Assembly (NCBI GenBank): GCA_963763775.1
Contig: CAVXPZ010000002.1
Coordinates: 32,001 to 96,000 of the forward strand
Reading direction: 5' to 3'
Length of the DNA stretch: 64,000 nt
Source: an uncultured Chloroflexia bacterium
GTDB lineage: Bacteria; Chloroflexota; Limnocylindria; Limnocylindrales; CSP1-4
The position numbers and the translations under genes are program-made. The notes below the pieces were generated by a model. It was not told where the DNA came from, searched no databases, and saw only the letters and a list, made by a program, of their open reading frames with translations. Positions within the stretch are counted from its first letter, which is position 1; each line of letters begins with the position of its first letter. Below are positions 26,460 through 36,497 of this stretch, piece by piece.

Positions 26460-28977
26460 CGATGACGAGCGCGGCGTCCATGGCCGCGTCCAGGGCTGGG
26501 TCCAGGGCCGGTTCGAGGGCCGGTTCGAGACTCTGCGTGTCGTGGTGCAGGTGCGTGACCATGCGCTCCTTGGCGTACTGCAGCAGCCACGTCGGCGCGA
26601 GGATCGACCCCGCGGCGAAGACGAGACCCGAAGGACGCAGCACGACGCCCGGACTCCATTTCGCGGCCCGGATGACGTCCGAGAGGGCCCCCCTGCGGCC
26701 CTTGCCCTGCGGAAGCACACGATGCTGCGCGGCCCGCTGGAGGTGCGACCGGCCGATCGCGTTGATCAGGCGGCGGCGCTCGCGCGATGAGAGGCCACGC
26801 ACTTCGTCATGGGCGTGCAGGGCATTCTGGTAGGCCAACCCGACGACCGTGTCGCCGACGCCGCTCGCTCGATTGAACTGCAGCCGCTGCGGGCCGTCGG
26901 AGTCGTCGCGGACGGTGTAGTCGAGAAGCTCGTCCATGAGGTACGCGACGTGCCCATACGCGCCGACGCGCATCGTCGATTCGAAGTCGGCCGACAGCCC
27001 GACCTCGGGCCGGAAGAGCCCGCCGGACTCGGCGACCACGCGACGGCTGACGACGACCGAACCCACCTGCCACGGTGGCTGACCGTCGCCGGTGCAGAGT
27101 TCGAGCCACTCGCTCGGTGAGTAGACGCCGTCGCGGACCGGGAACTTGGCCTTCGTTCCGTACCAGACGCGATCGGCCGATCCGCCGTCGGGGTAGACCC
27201 GTCGGCAGGACGAGAGCGCCATGGCGAGCCTCGGGACCTGCGGCTCGAACCACTCGATCGCGGCGGCCAGCCGTTGGAGGCAGTCGGGTCGGATCCGGTC
27301 GTCGGCGGCGAGCGACTGGATCCAGTCGCTCTCGCACAGTCCCGCCGTCCGGTTCCAGCTCTCCAGGATCGACACCCCGTGGTCGAAGCGGTGGTACCGG
27401 ATCCGCGGGTCGTCATAGCGCCCGACCACCGACGCGATGTCCTCCGTGGACGCGTTGTCGCCGATGACGAGCTCCCAGTGCTGGTAGGTCTGCTGGAGCA
27501 CGCTCTCGATGGCCCGCGGCAGCCACTTGGAGTCATTCCGCACCGGGATGAAGACCGAGATCGCGACCGAGGGCGACGGGATGTCCGCGATGATCCGGTC
27601 GCTCAGCGGGACGACCCGCTCGAGCGTCGCCGGGAGCGTGACCGGTCCGACGGGGACGGTCAGGGCGTCCACGGTCGCGCGGGTCATGTACCGGTCTGGG
27701 TCCGACGTCGTCGCCGCGCCGAACACCTCGCGGACCATGAGCAGCGCGGTCACGCACAGCCCGATGAACCAGCCGATGGCCAGCCCGGTCACCTCGTCGC
27801 GGACGGCACCGGCCCACGCCAGGGCGATCTGGAGGATCGCGCCGAACACGAGGATCGCGACGGTGCCACGCATCTCGTGACGGATCCGGCGCAAGGCGAT
27901 CCAGTGGTCGATCACGATCAACGGGATCGCGCAGGCGGCCAGCCAGGGGAGGCTGGCGCCGGCCAGCTCGACGTACGTCGGCCCGAAGAGGCCGAGCAGC
28001 CACGGGCCAAGGACCCAGAGGACCGCGATCCCGACAGCCACGATGGCACTCGACAGCGCGAGGGTGACCCGCAACTGGTGCTGGAACGCCCGTGGGGACC
28101 GCTCGCCGACGGCATAGAGCGTGAAGGTCGCCGACGATGCGATGACCTGGAGCGCCGTCGTGAGGATCAGCGCGACATAGAAGGCGGCGTTGGCCGTCGC
28201 CGACAGCACGCCCGTGACCAGGACCGGCATGAACAGCGCAGGGCCGGTGCGAGCCGCGCTGATCGCGTGGTGGCCGGCCGCGCTCCTCGCCAGCCGGGAG
28301 ACGGCGCGCCACTCGAAGGCGACGGTGATCCGCTCGTCCGATCGGCGAGTGGCCAGGATGGCGACGTACGAGAAGGCATCGCCCAGGGCCCACACACCGA
28401 AGATGACGAGGGCGCTCGACCCGCCGAAGACCAGGGCCGCCACGAGGAGGAAGACCAGCTTTCCGCCGGCGAAGGCCACGTTCCGGAAGAGCTGGAGTTC
28501 GCCCAGGCGCATCCCGAGCAGGATCTGGTCCATCACCACGCTGGCGGCCGCCAGGCCCACGCCGATGGCGAAGAGCGCGACGAACGGGAGGCTCGCGACC
28601 AGGGGGCGGTACTCATTGGAGAAGAACGGCGCGATGACCGAGAACAGCAGCCCGAGCACCGCACCGATGGCCACGGCGATCAGGATGGCTGTCGCGATGA
28701 GCTGCGCCCGTCGCCCGGCATAGCTCGGGACGAAGCCGGCCAGCGCGGTACCGAGTCCGCTCACGGTCAACCGCGCGATCAGGACGCTCGCCGAGATCGT
28801 GGCGCTGGCCAACCCGACCGCCTCGGGCGTGAACGTCCGGCTCGCCGCCCACCAGAAGACGAAGCCGAGCATCGAGTTGACGGTCCAGGCGGCGACCATC
28901 ATGCCGGTGGTCGCGATGATCACGCGCGATCGGCCGAAGAGGCCGAGGGCCTGTTCGATCGAGGTCAGGAAAGTCAC
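26449..28977 (-). CDS. Wzx/MATE-like polysaccharide flippase fused to a GT2 domain
   Basis: About 12 TM helices (LGFVFWWAASR...VGLASA) in the first ~420 aa, then SVFIPVRN, IGDNAST, LAADD, SADFE GT2 motifs in one frame. Confidence 0.85.
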   Translation of the reverse strand: MTFLTSIEQALGLFGRSRVIIATTGMMVAAWTVNSMLGFVFWWAASRTFTPEAVGLASATISASVLIARLTVSGLGTALAGFVPSYAGRRAQLIATAILIAVAIGAVLGLLFSVIAPFFSNEYRPLVASLPFVALFAIGVGLAAASVVMDQILLGMRLGELQLFRNVAFAGGKLVFLLVAALVFGGSSALVIFGVWALGDAFSYVAILATRRSDERITVAFEWRAVSRLARSAAGHHAISAARTGPALFMPVLVTGVLSATANAAFYVALILTTALQVIASSATFTLYAVGERSPRAFQHQLRVTLALSSAIVAVGIAVLWVLGPWLLGLFGPTYVELAGASLPWLAACAIPLIVIDHWIALRRIRHEMRGTVAILVFGAILQIALAWAGAVRDEVTGLAIGWFIGLCVTALLMVREVFGAATTSDPDRYMTRATVDALTVPVGPVTLPATLERVVPLSDRIIADIPSPSVAISVFIPVRNDSKWLPRAIESVLQQTYQHWELVIGDNASTEDIASVVGRYDDPRIRYHRFDHGVSILESWNRTAGLCESDWIQSLAADDRIRPDCLQRLAAAIEWFEPQVPRLAMALSSCRRVYPDGGSADRVWYGTKAKFPVRDGVYSPSEWLELCTGDGQPPWQVGSVVVSRRVVAESGGLFRPEVGLSADFESTMRVGAYGHVAYLMDELLDYTVRDDSDGPQRLQFNRASGVGDTVVGLAYQNALHAHDEVRGLSSRERRRLINAIGRSHLQRAAQHRVLPQGKGRRGALSDVIRAAKWSPGVVLRPSGLVFAAGSILAPTWLLQYAKERMVTHLHHDTQSLEPALEPALDPALDAAMDAALVIDER
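26490..26530 (-). repeat. 12-bp tandem repeat encoding LEPA/LDPA
   Basis: TCCAGGGCTGGG-TCCAGGGCCGGT-TCGAGGGCCGGT-TCGAG on the + strand. Confidence 0.7.
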
Positions 28978-29220
28978 GGGTCGGTTCGGTCCATGGGTGT
29001 CGCGGGATGGTCCGGATGGATGGGTCGGATGATCGGCTGAGCATACCCGGCAATGCGCCGGGTGCCGTTGTCAGGGTGCAACGGAACTCGCTCCGCCGGA
29101 CCCCTGACCTTCTGGCCAGCGCCTCGTCCACGGTCCCGGACCATCCCGCCATCGACTTCCGGCGGACCGCCACGGATACTGCAGGCCGGTCCAGACGCGC
29201 CCCGGGGACGCTGGACACCC

Positions 29221-29295
29221 CACGAACGAGCACACCCGCTGCGAGGCGGGGCCGCAAAGCCACGGGACTCTCGGAGTCAGCCGGGTTGCCGAATG
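29221..29295 (+). ncRNA. GEMM-I (c-di-GMP-I family) riboswitch, A20 variant
   Basis: GCACA-CCCGCT-GCGA-GGCGGG-GCCGCAAAGCCACGGG-ACTC-TCG-GAGT-CAGCCGGGTTGCCGAA: P2 with a GNRA loop, the GCAAAGCC core and the P3 end, directly before SD GAGGTG. Confidence 0.85.
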
Positions 29296-29307
29296 AGGTG
29301 GATATCG

Positions 29308-31129
29308 ATGTATTGGGATGGAGAACGCTGGCTCGACGAGGAGCGCCCCACCCGCCGACGGAACCCGGGTACACAGCGAACCCGAACCCGCGATTGGATC
29401 GCGACAGGGATCATGGCGATCGCGCTTGTCGCCCTCGTGCTTCCCCTGGGGGCGACCTTTGCGGCGACCCGCCCAGCTGGGCGCCAGCTGTTGTCCGACT
29501 GGTCGGCACGCGCGAGGGTGCGCGTCTACCAAGAGAACAGTGACGCGATGACGTATCGCGGGCATTGGGTCAAGGCCATCTACCCCGGCTACCTGGGCCG
29601 GGGGGCACGGGCGTCCGATGTCGCCGGAGCGAAGGCGAGCCTGAAGTTCCGCGGTGCGGCCGTCTCCTGGATCGGGCCGGTCGGCCCGACGCGCGGGAAG
29701 GCGAAGGTCTACATCGACGGCGAGTATGTCGCCACGGTCGACACCCATGCCGCATCGTTCAAGCCCACGCGTGTCCTCTTCAAGACCTCCTTCAAGAAGG
29801 TCGGCGTGCACCGGATCACCGTGATCAACCAGGGAACAGCGGGCCATCCGACGGTCGCCGTCGATGCGTTCGCCATCCGTGGCGTCAACACGGCCGAGGC
29901 CGATCCGGTCCAGGGACCGCCCGCGCCGCCGGCGGACCCGACACCCGCCGACCCGACGCCGAAGCCGACGGCCGATCCGACTCCGACGCCGAAGCCGACC
30001 GCGGATCCGACCCCCACGCCGAAGCCGGCCGACACCCCGCCGCCCACGCCGACGCCGACACCGACACCGACACCCACGCCGGTGCCGACCCCGACACCCA
30101 CGCCGAAGCCGACGCCGACCCCGACGCCGCGCGTCGTCATCCTCGACCCGCCGGCTGCCACACCCACGCCCACACCCACGCCGACGCCGACGCCTGCTCC
30201 GACGCCGACGCCCGCTCCCACGCCGGCGCCCACGCCGAGCCCGGTGCCGACGCCGGCACCCACGCCAAGCCCCGTCCCGACACCGGCTCCCACACCGGTG
30301 CCGACACCCGTCCCGACTCCGGTCGCGACGCCCACGCCGACGCCGACGCCGAAGCCCACACCGACCCCGACACCGGTGCCGACGCCCGTTCCGACGCCGG
30401 TCCCCACCCCAGTCCCGACCCCGGGATCGGGCACCTCGATGCCGACGTCTGACCTCCCCGGCTGGAAGCTGGTCTTCAACGACGACTTCAACACGCCGGT
30501 CGCCCTCGGCAGCTTCCCGAGCGCCGTGTCCAGCAAGTGGGGCGCCTACCCATCCGGGTGGACCGACACGAGCAAGCACGGTGTCTACTCACCCGAGATC
30601 GTGAGCATCAACAACTCGATGATGGACGTGTGGGTCCACACCGAGAACGGGATCCACAAGGTCGCTGCACCCGACGCCGAAGGTGCCCGGCGGCGACCAG
30701 ACCTACGGCCGGTACGCGATCCGCTTCCGGGCGGACGCGGTCAAGGGCTACAAGGCGGCCTGGCTGCTCTGGCCGAAGTCCGGCACGTGGCCGCGCGACG
30801 GGGAGATCGACTTCCCGGAAGGCAACCTCGATCAGAAGATCTCGGCGTTCATGCATCGCCAGGGGGCGACCGCCGGTTCCGACCAGGATGCCTACAACAC
30901 GCAGTCGACCTTCACCTCATGGCACACCGCCGTCATCGAATGGGGGCCGGGACAGACCCGCTTCCTCCTCGACGGCACGGTGATCGGCACGTCGACCAGC
31001 CGGATCCCGAACACGGCGATGCACTGGGTCATCCAGACCGAGACGGCGCTGGACGGGACGACGCCGGCCGACAGCGCTCAGGGCCACGTCCAGATCGACT
31101 GGGTCGCGGTCTGGTCGTACGCCCCCTAG
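29308..31129 (+). CDS. Secreted/anchored protein: beta-sandwich (CBM-like) domain, long PT linker, GH16 glycoside hydrolase (frameshift near 30673)
   Basis: [10 protein letters not shown] helix, [13 protein letters not shown] jelly-roll domain, (PT)n, WKLVFNDDF, then [17 protein letters not shown] and catalytic [23 protein letters not shown] in the shifted frame. Confidence 0.85.
29930..30425 (+). repeat. About 500-bp Pro-Thr coding repeat region
   Basis: (PT)n, [10 protein letters not shown] x2 and PVPT units. Confidence 0.9.
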
Positions 31130-31217
31130 CCCATCTGGCGGGTTCGACCGCCACCCACGGACACCGATACCGCGACGGCCGGACCTCCTGGTCCGGCCGT
31201 CGTCCTTGTCGAGCCCG

Positions 31218-31239
31218 TCCCGCGTCGCCGCGCGGGACG
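31218..31239. terminator. Hairpin between convergent genes
   Basis: GTCCCGCG-tcgccg-CGCGGGAC. Confidence 0.5.
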
Positions 31240-31243
31240 TCGG

Positions 31244-32485
31244 TCAGCGAATCTCGGGCGACGGGATCGGCACGATGAAGCGGCCGCCTCGTCGGACGTA
31301 CTCGGCCTGCTGGCGGATGATCTCGTCGGCGAAGTTCCAGGCGAGGAGCAGGACGTAGTCGGGCTGCCGCTCGAGCAGCGCGCTCGGCGTCGACGATCGG
31401 CAGTCGGGCGCCGGGCGTCCAATGCCCCTGCTTGTGAGGATTCCGGTCGGCGACGAAGTCGATCGTGCGATGGTCGATCCCCGCGTAGTTCAGGAGCGTC
31501 GCGCCCTTCGCGGTGGCCCCGTAGGCCGCGACCGACCGGCCCTCGGCACGGAGGCCGCGCCAGGAGTCGCCGCAACGAGTCGGCGATCCCCTCGACGCGC
31601 GCGGCGAAGTCCGCGTACGCGCCCGATCGTCGTGAAGCCTCGCTCGCGCTCCTCGGCGAGATACGACCGGACGCGATCGGTCGGAGCCTCGACCGGGCTG
31701 ATCCACCAGCGCAGCGTGCCACCGTGCAACTTCGGGAAGTAGTCGACGTCGTTGAGGAACAGGCCGTGGCGTCGCATCAGGGCGTCGACCGCACTGCACG
31801 AGAAGTAGCACCAGTGCTCGTGATAGATGGTGTCGAACTCGGCGTGGTCGACGAGGTCGCGCACGTACGGGTTTTCGACGGTGATGACGCCGTCGTCGGC
31901 GATCAGCTCGCGGAACCCTTCGACGAACCCGTTGAGGTCGGGCACGTGGGCCATGACGTTGTTGGCCACGATGACGTCGGCCGGACCGTACTCGCGACGC
32001 AGGTCGGCCGCCATCCCGGTGCCGAAGAACGTCTGCAGTGTCGGGATCCCGAGATCCCGCGCGGCCGCCGCCGGGCCCGCCGTCGGCTCGATCCCCAGGA
32101 CGGGGACACCCCGTTCCATCGCGTGGCGCAGCAGATAGCCGTCGTTGCTCGCGACCTCGACGAGCAGCTTGCCCGGCCCGAGCCGGCCCGTCGCGATCAG
32201 CCCTTCGACGTGCTCGAGCGAGTGGGCCAGGAGGTCGTCGGAGTACGACGAGAAGTAGGGATACGCATCATCGAAGATCGCATCGGCCGGCAGCGCGTAC
32301 GTGAGCTGCACGAGCGTGCAGGTCTCGCAGAACCCGACGGCGAGCGGGAACCGCGGCTCCTCGCGCGCAAGGTCGTCCTCGCCGAGCAGGGCGTTCGCGA
32401 TCGGCGTGGCCCCCAGCGACAGGAACGGCCGCAGCTCGGGCGAGCCGCAGGAACGACAGGTCGCGACGCGAGCGCCCTCAGACAT
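31244..32485 (-). CDS. NDP-sugar C-methyltransferase (class I SAM, Zn-binding N-terminus); several frameshifts about 31385-31620
   Basis: [60 protein letters not shown], and C-terminal LLAWNF...GGRFIVPIP across frames. Confidence 0.88.
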
Positions 32486-33549
32486 CCGAACCCGCGCCCC
32501 CCTGGACCGTCGCGACCTGGGGCGACGACACCCACCGGAGCTCCTCGTCGAGCCGGCCGGCTGCCTGGAGCTCGTTGATCCGGGCCAGCCGGGTGTAGCG
32601 CGGCCCGTTCAGATCCTCGATCGTGAGGCCGCGGAGGCGATAGGCGTCGGCGAGCTCGCGGATGCCGGCGTCGACGGTCCAGGTGGGCGCGGCCGACGGC
32701 ACGCGCTCGTGCAGCTTGGAGAAATCGACGCGGTAGTCCCGGGCGTCCGAGCCGGCGCCATCCGCGAACGTCACCTCGCTCCCGGGGATCGCCGCCTGGA
32801 CCAGCTCCGCCACGGTGCGGATCTGCAGGTTCGTGTCGTCCCGGCCGACGTTGAAGGCCTCGTCGTGGATCGTCTCGCGATCGACATCGAGCATCGCGAT
32901 GAAGGCGTTGGCGATGTCGCGGACGTGGACCAGCGGCCGCCACTGACGCCCGTCGCTCTGCAGCCGCACCTGCCCGGTCGCATGGGCCCAGCCCGTCAGG
33001 TTGTTGATGACGATGTCGCCCCGGAGGCGCGACGACACGCCGAACGCGGTCGCGTTCCGCAGATACGTCGGCGAGAACGACCGGTCGGCGAGCTCGTGGA
33101 TCGCCTGCTCCGCGAGGATCTTCGACTCGCCATAGGGCGTGACGGGATTGAAGGCCGCGTCCTCGTCGACCGGGGCGTCGCCCGCGGCACCGTACAGGCT
33201 GCACGACGACGAGAAGAGGAACCGCGTCACGCCGGCCGCCTTCGCGACGCGGGCGAGGTCGACCGAGGCGTGGGCGTTCACCGCGTAGGTGGAGGCCGGG
33301 TTCAGGTAGCCGATCGGGTCGTTCGAGATGGCCGCGAGGTGGATCACGGCGTCGATGCCGTCAAGGTCGGCGACGGTCGACGTCCCGGATGTCGCGCTCG
33401 ATCGACGGGATGGCGCCCGGCGCGGGGCCGAAGTCGCACCCGACGTAGAACCCCGTGTCGAGGCCGACGGCTTCGTGGCCCGCCGCAACCAGCATCGGGA
33501 CGAGCACGGCCCCGATATATCCCTCGTGTCCCGTCACGAGTACGCGCAC
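32478..33549 (-). CDS. NAD-dependent epimerase/dehydratase (frameshift near 33375)
   Basis: MRVLVTGHEGYIG in one frame; HLAAISND, SSSCSLYG, YGESK, LRNATAFG, RPLVHV in the other. Confidence 0.9.
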
Positions 33550-33676
33550 GTCTGTCCCCCTGGCACGATGGCCCGTCGTCGATGGAACCGGCACACCTCG
33601 GCGCCGGTTGCCAACCATAGCGTCACGGGCCGATCCGGGGAATTGCCTTCGGTGTCACCGCGCACCGGGAAGCGCG

Positions 33677-34276
33677 TCAGCCTGCGGCGGGACCGCCTTC
33701 GGGCGGGGTGTCGCCGAACCACACGGCGAGCTGGTCGCGAAGATCCGCGAGCGCCGGCAGCCCGCGGTCGCGCTCGGAGAGGACCGTCGGCGCGATCGGC
33801 CACGGGATGGCCAGCTCCGGGTCATCCCAGGCCACGCCGACCTCGAGCGCCGGGGCGTACACCGCGTCGTGCTTGTAGCAGATGTCGGCCAGATCGGAGA
33901 GCACGAGGTAGCCGTGCGCACAGCCGGGCGGGACGAACAGCTCGTGGTGCTCCACGTCGTCAAGGAGCACGTGGTCCTGCACGAGGAACGTCGGCGACCA
34001 CGGGCGAAGGTCGACGACGGCCTCGAAGACCGTGCCGCGGGCGCACCGGACGAGCTTGCCCTCCCGGAGCTCGCGACGGCAGTGGAGGCCGCGCAGTGTC
34101 CCCCGGCCGGATCGTGACTGGTTCTCCTGGACGAAGGATGCGGGATCGATCCCGGCGGTCCTGGCCGTGGCGGCGTCGAACGTGCGGACGAAGAAGCCAC
34201 GCTCGTCGCGGATCGGCGCGGGCTCGATGTGCCACGACCCGAAGATGATGCCGGGGCGGATGACGGGCTCGGCCAT
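33677..34276 (-). CDS. rfbC: dTDP-4-dehydrorhamnose 3,5-epimerase family cupin
   Basis: DERGFFVR, QENQSRS, GTLRGLH, KLVRC, VDLRPWSPTF, PPGCAHGY. Confidence 0.9.
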   Translation of the reverse strand: MAEPVIRPGIIFGSWHIEPAPIRDERGFFVRTFDAATARTAGIDPASFVQENQSRSGRGTLRGLHCRRELREGKLVRCARGTVFEAVVDLRPWSPTFLVQDHVLLDDVEHHELFVPPGCAHGYLVLSDLADICYKHDAVYAPALEVGVAWDDPELAIPWPIAPTVLSERDRGLPALADLRDQLAVWFGDTPPEGGPAAG

Positions 34277-34294
34277 GCCGATATGATGCCGGAT

Positions 34295-35590
34295 GTGCCC
34301 CACGCCGACGCTTCCCTGACGACCGACGAACTGGCGGCGCTCGCCGCCCGGCTGTACCCCATCCGGCGGAGTCTCACGGGTCCAGGCGTACGCGAGACCC
34401 TTGGCGTGATCGGCGAGGTCATCCCGCTCGACGTCCACGAGGTCCCGACCGGGACCCCGGCCCTGGACTGGACCGTCCCGAGGGAGTGGATCCTGCGCGA
34501 CGCCTGGGTCGAGGACCCGTCCGGCCGACGCGTCATCGATGTCGCCGACCATCCGCTGCATGTCGTCGGGTACAGCGTGCCGGTCGACCTCGAGGTCGAC
34601 CTGGCCGAGCTCCGCGAACACCTCCATGGGATCCCGGAGCGGCCGGACTGGATCCCCTATCGGACGTCCTACTACCGTGAGACGTGGGGGTTCTGCGCCA
34701 CCCAGCGGACGATCGACGCCCTGCCGGAGGGCCGGTATCGCGTCCGGATCGATGCCGACCTGATCGATGGCTCGCTGACCTACGGCGAGCTCGTGATCCC
34801 CGGCGCGAGTCCCGACGAAGTCGTGATCACCACGCACATCTGTCATCCGGCCATGGCCAATGACAACGCCTCGGGCATGACGGTGGCCACCGCGCTCGCC
34901 CACTGGCTTGCCACAGGATCGCGCCGCCTGACCTATCGGATCCTGTTCCTGCCGGGCACGATCGGCTCGCTGACCTGGCTCGGGCGCCACCGCGACGACC
35001 TCGGCCGGATCCGCCACGGCCTGACGCTCGCGGGGATCGGCGATCGCGGCGACCACACGTACAAGCAGACCGAGGCGGAGGGCGCGCCGATCGATCGGGC
35101 GGTCGCCCTGGCCCTGCGGGATGCCGGCGCGCCGTACCAGGTCCGGCCGTTCTCGCCGTGGGGGTATGACGAGCGACAGTTCAACTCCCCGGGGTTCCGG
35201 CTGCCGGTCGGGCTGCTGATGCGGACGCCGCACGGCACGTACCCCGAGTACCACACCTCCGCGGACGACCTCGGCTTCATCGACACGGACCAGCTCTCGG
35301 AGAGCGTCGCCGTGCTGCGGCAGGTCGTCGCGATCCTCGAGCGCGACCGGTCGGTCCGCAACCTGGAGCCGTTCGGCGAGCCACAGCTGGGTCGGCGAGG
35401 CCTGTACGGCATGGTCGGCGGCCGGAGCGGCGTGGCGCTGGACGAGCTGGCCATCCTGTGGGTCCTCAACCAGGGCGACGGACGGCATCGGCTCATCGAT
35501 ATCGCCGAGCGAAGCGACCTGCCGTTCGAACGCATCGCCGACGCGGCCGACGCCCTCGAGGCCGCCGGGTTGCTCGAGGCGACCTGGTGA
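34295..35590 (+). CDS. DUF4910 aminopeptidase-like protein of polysaccharide loci
   Basis: RSLTGPGVRETL, DWTVPREW, PYRTSYY, HICHP.MANDNASG, YDERQFNSPG, YHTSAD, C-terminal winged HTH. Confidence 0.88.
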   Translation: MPHADASLTTDELAALAARLYPIRRSLTGPGVRETLGVIGEVIPLDVHEVPTGTPALDWTVPREWILRDAWVEDPSGRRVIDVADHPLHVVGYSVPVDLEVDLAELREHLHGIPERPDWIPYRTSYYRETWGFCATQRTIDALPEGRYRVRIDADLIDGSLTYGELVIPGASPDEVVITTHICHPAMANDNASGMTVATALAHWLATGSRRLTYRILFLPGTIGSLTWLGRHRDDLGRIRHGLTLAGIGDRGDHTYKQTEAEGAPIDRAVALALRDAGAPYQVRPFSPWGYDERQFNSPGFRLPVGLLMRTPHGTYPEYHTSADDLGFIDTDQLSESVAVLRQVVAILERDRSVRNLEPFGEPQLGRRGLYGMVGGRSGVALDELAILWVLNQGDGRHRLIDIAERSDLPFERIADAADALEAAGLLEATW

Positions 35591-35705
35591 TCCGACCGGT
35601 GCCGCCGGTCACCACCGAAGGCCCGGCGGGTCCCGCTCGCACCAGGACCTTTGGCACACTGGGGCCGAAGGACGGCGCGGTCGCCGTCGGCCGATGGGGG
35701 AATCC

Positions 35706-36497
35706 GTGAAGGTCGTCCTGTTCTGCGGGGGTCAGGGGCTCCGCCTGCGCGAGTACAGCGAGGCGATCCCGAAGCCCATGGTGCCCATCGGGACGCGCCC
35801 GATCCTGTGGCACGTCATGCGCTACTACGCCCATTTCGGCCATCGCGACTTCGTGCTGTGCCTCGGGTATCGCGCCGAGGTGGTGAAGGATTACTTCCTC
35901 CGGTACAACGAGGCGATCTCGAACGACTTCGTCCTGACCGAGGGCGGCCGGTCCCTGGAGCTGCTCAGCACGGATATCGACGATTGGCGGATCACCTTCG
36001 CGGACACGGGACTGCTGGCCAACATCGGGCAGCGGCTGCGGGCCGTCCGCCGGCATCTCGGCGACGACGACATGTTCCTCGCCAACTACGGCGACACCCT
36101 CACCGACGCGCCGCTCGACGAGCTGATCGAGACGTTCCGCCAGTCCGACAAGGTCGCGGCGTTCCTGGCGATCCGACCGACCTACAGCTTCCACCTCGTC
36201 GACACGGAGCAGGACGGCACCGTCCGCGGGATCGAGCACGTCCAGGAATCGGGCACGAGGATCAACGGCGGCTACTTCATCTTCCGCCGCGAGATCTTCG
36301 ACTACATCAACGACGGCGACGAGCTCGTGGAGGAGCCGTTCGTCCGACTCGTCGAGCAGCGAAAGCTGATGGCGTTCCGGTACGACGGGTTCTGGGCACC
36401 GATGGACACGCTCAAGGACAAGCAGGAACGCGACGCGGAATGGGACCAGGGCGACCCGCCGTGGGCGGTCTGGCGACGCGGGGACCAGGCGCCTTGA
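35706..36497 (+). CDS. rfbF: Glucose-1-phosphate cytidylyltransferase
   Basis: LFCGGQGLRL, PKPMVPIG, LGYR, DTG, NYGD, INGGYF, GFWAPMDTLKD. Confidence 0.9.
   Translation: MKVVLFCGGQGLRLREYSEAIPKPMVPIGTRPILWHVMRYYAHFGHRDFVLCLGYRAEVVKDYFLRYNEAISNDFVLTEGGRSLELLSTDIDDWRITFADTGLLANIGQRLRAVRRHLGDDDMFLANYGDTLTDAPLDELIETFRQSDKVAAFLAIRPTYSFHLVDTEQDGTVRGIEHVQESGTRINGGYFIFRREIFDYINDGDELVEEPFVRLVEQRKLMAFRYDGFWAPMDTLKDKQERDAEWDQGDPPWAVWRRGDQAP

Noticed and set aside
29930-30425. Repetitive DNA resembling a CRISPR array or VNTR
   Set aside because: It has no constant repeat with unique spacers and no cas genes. It is an in-frame Pro-Thr linker with synonymous variation.
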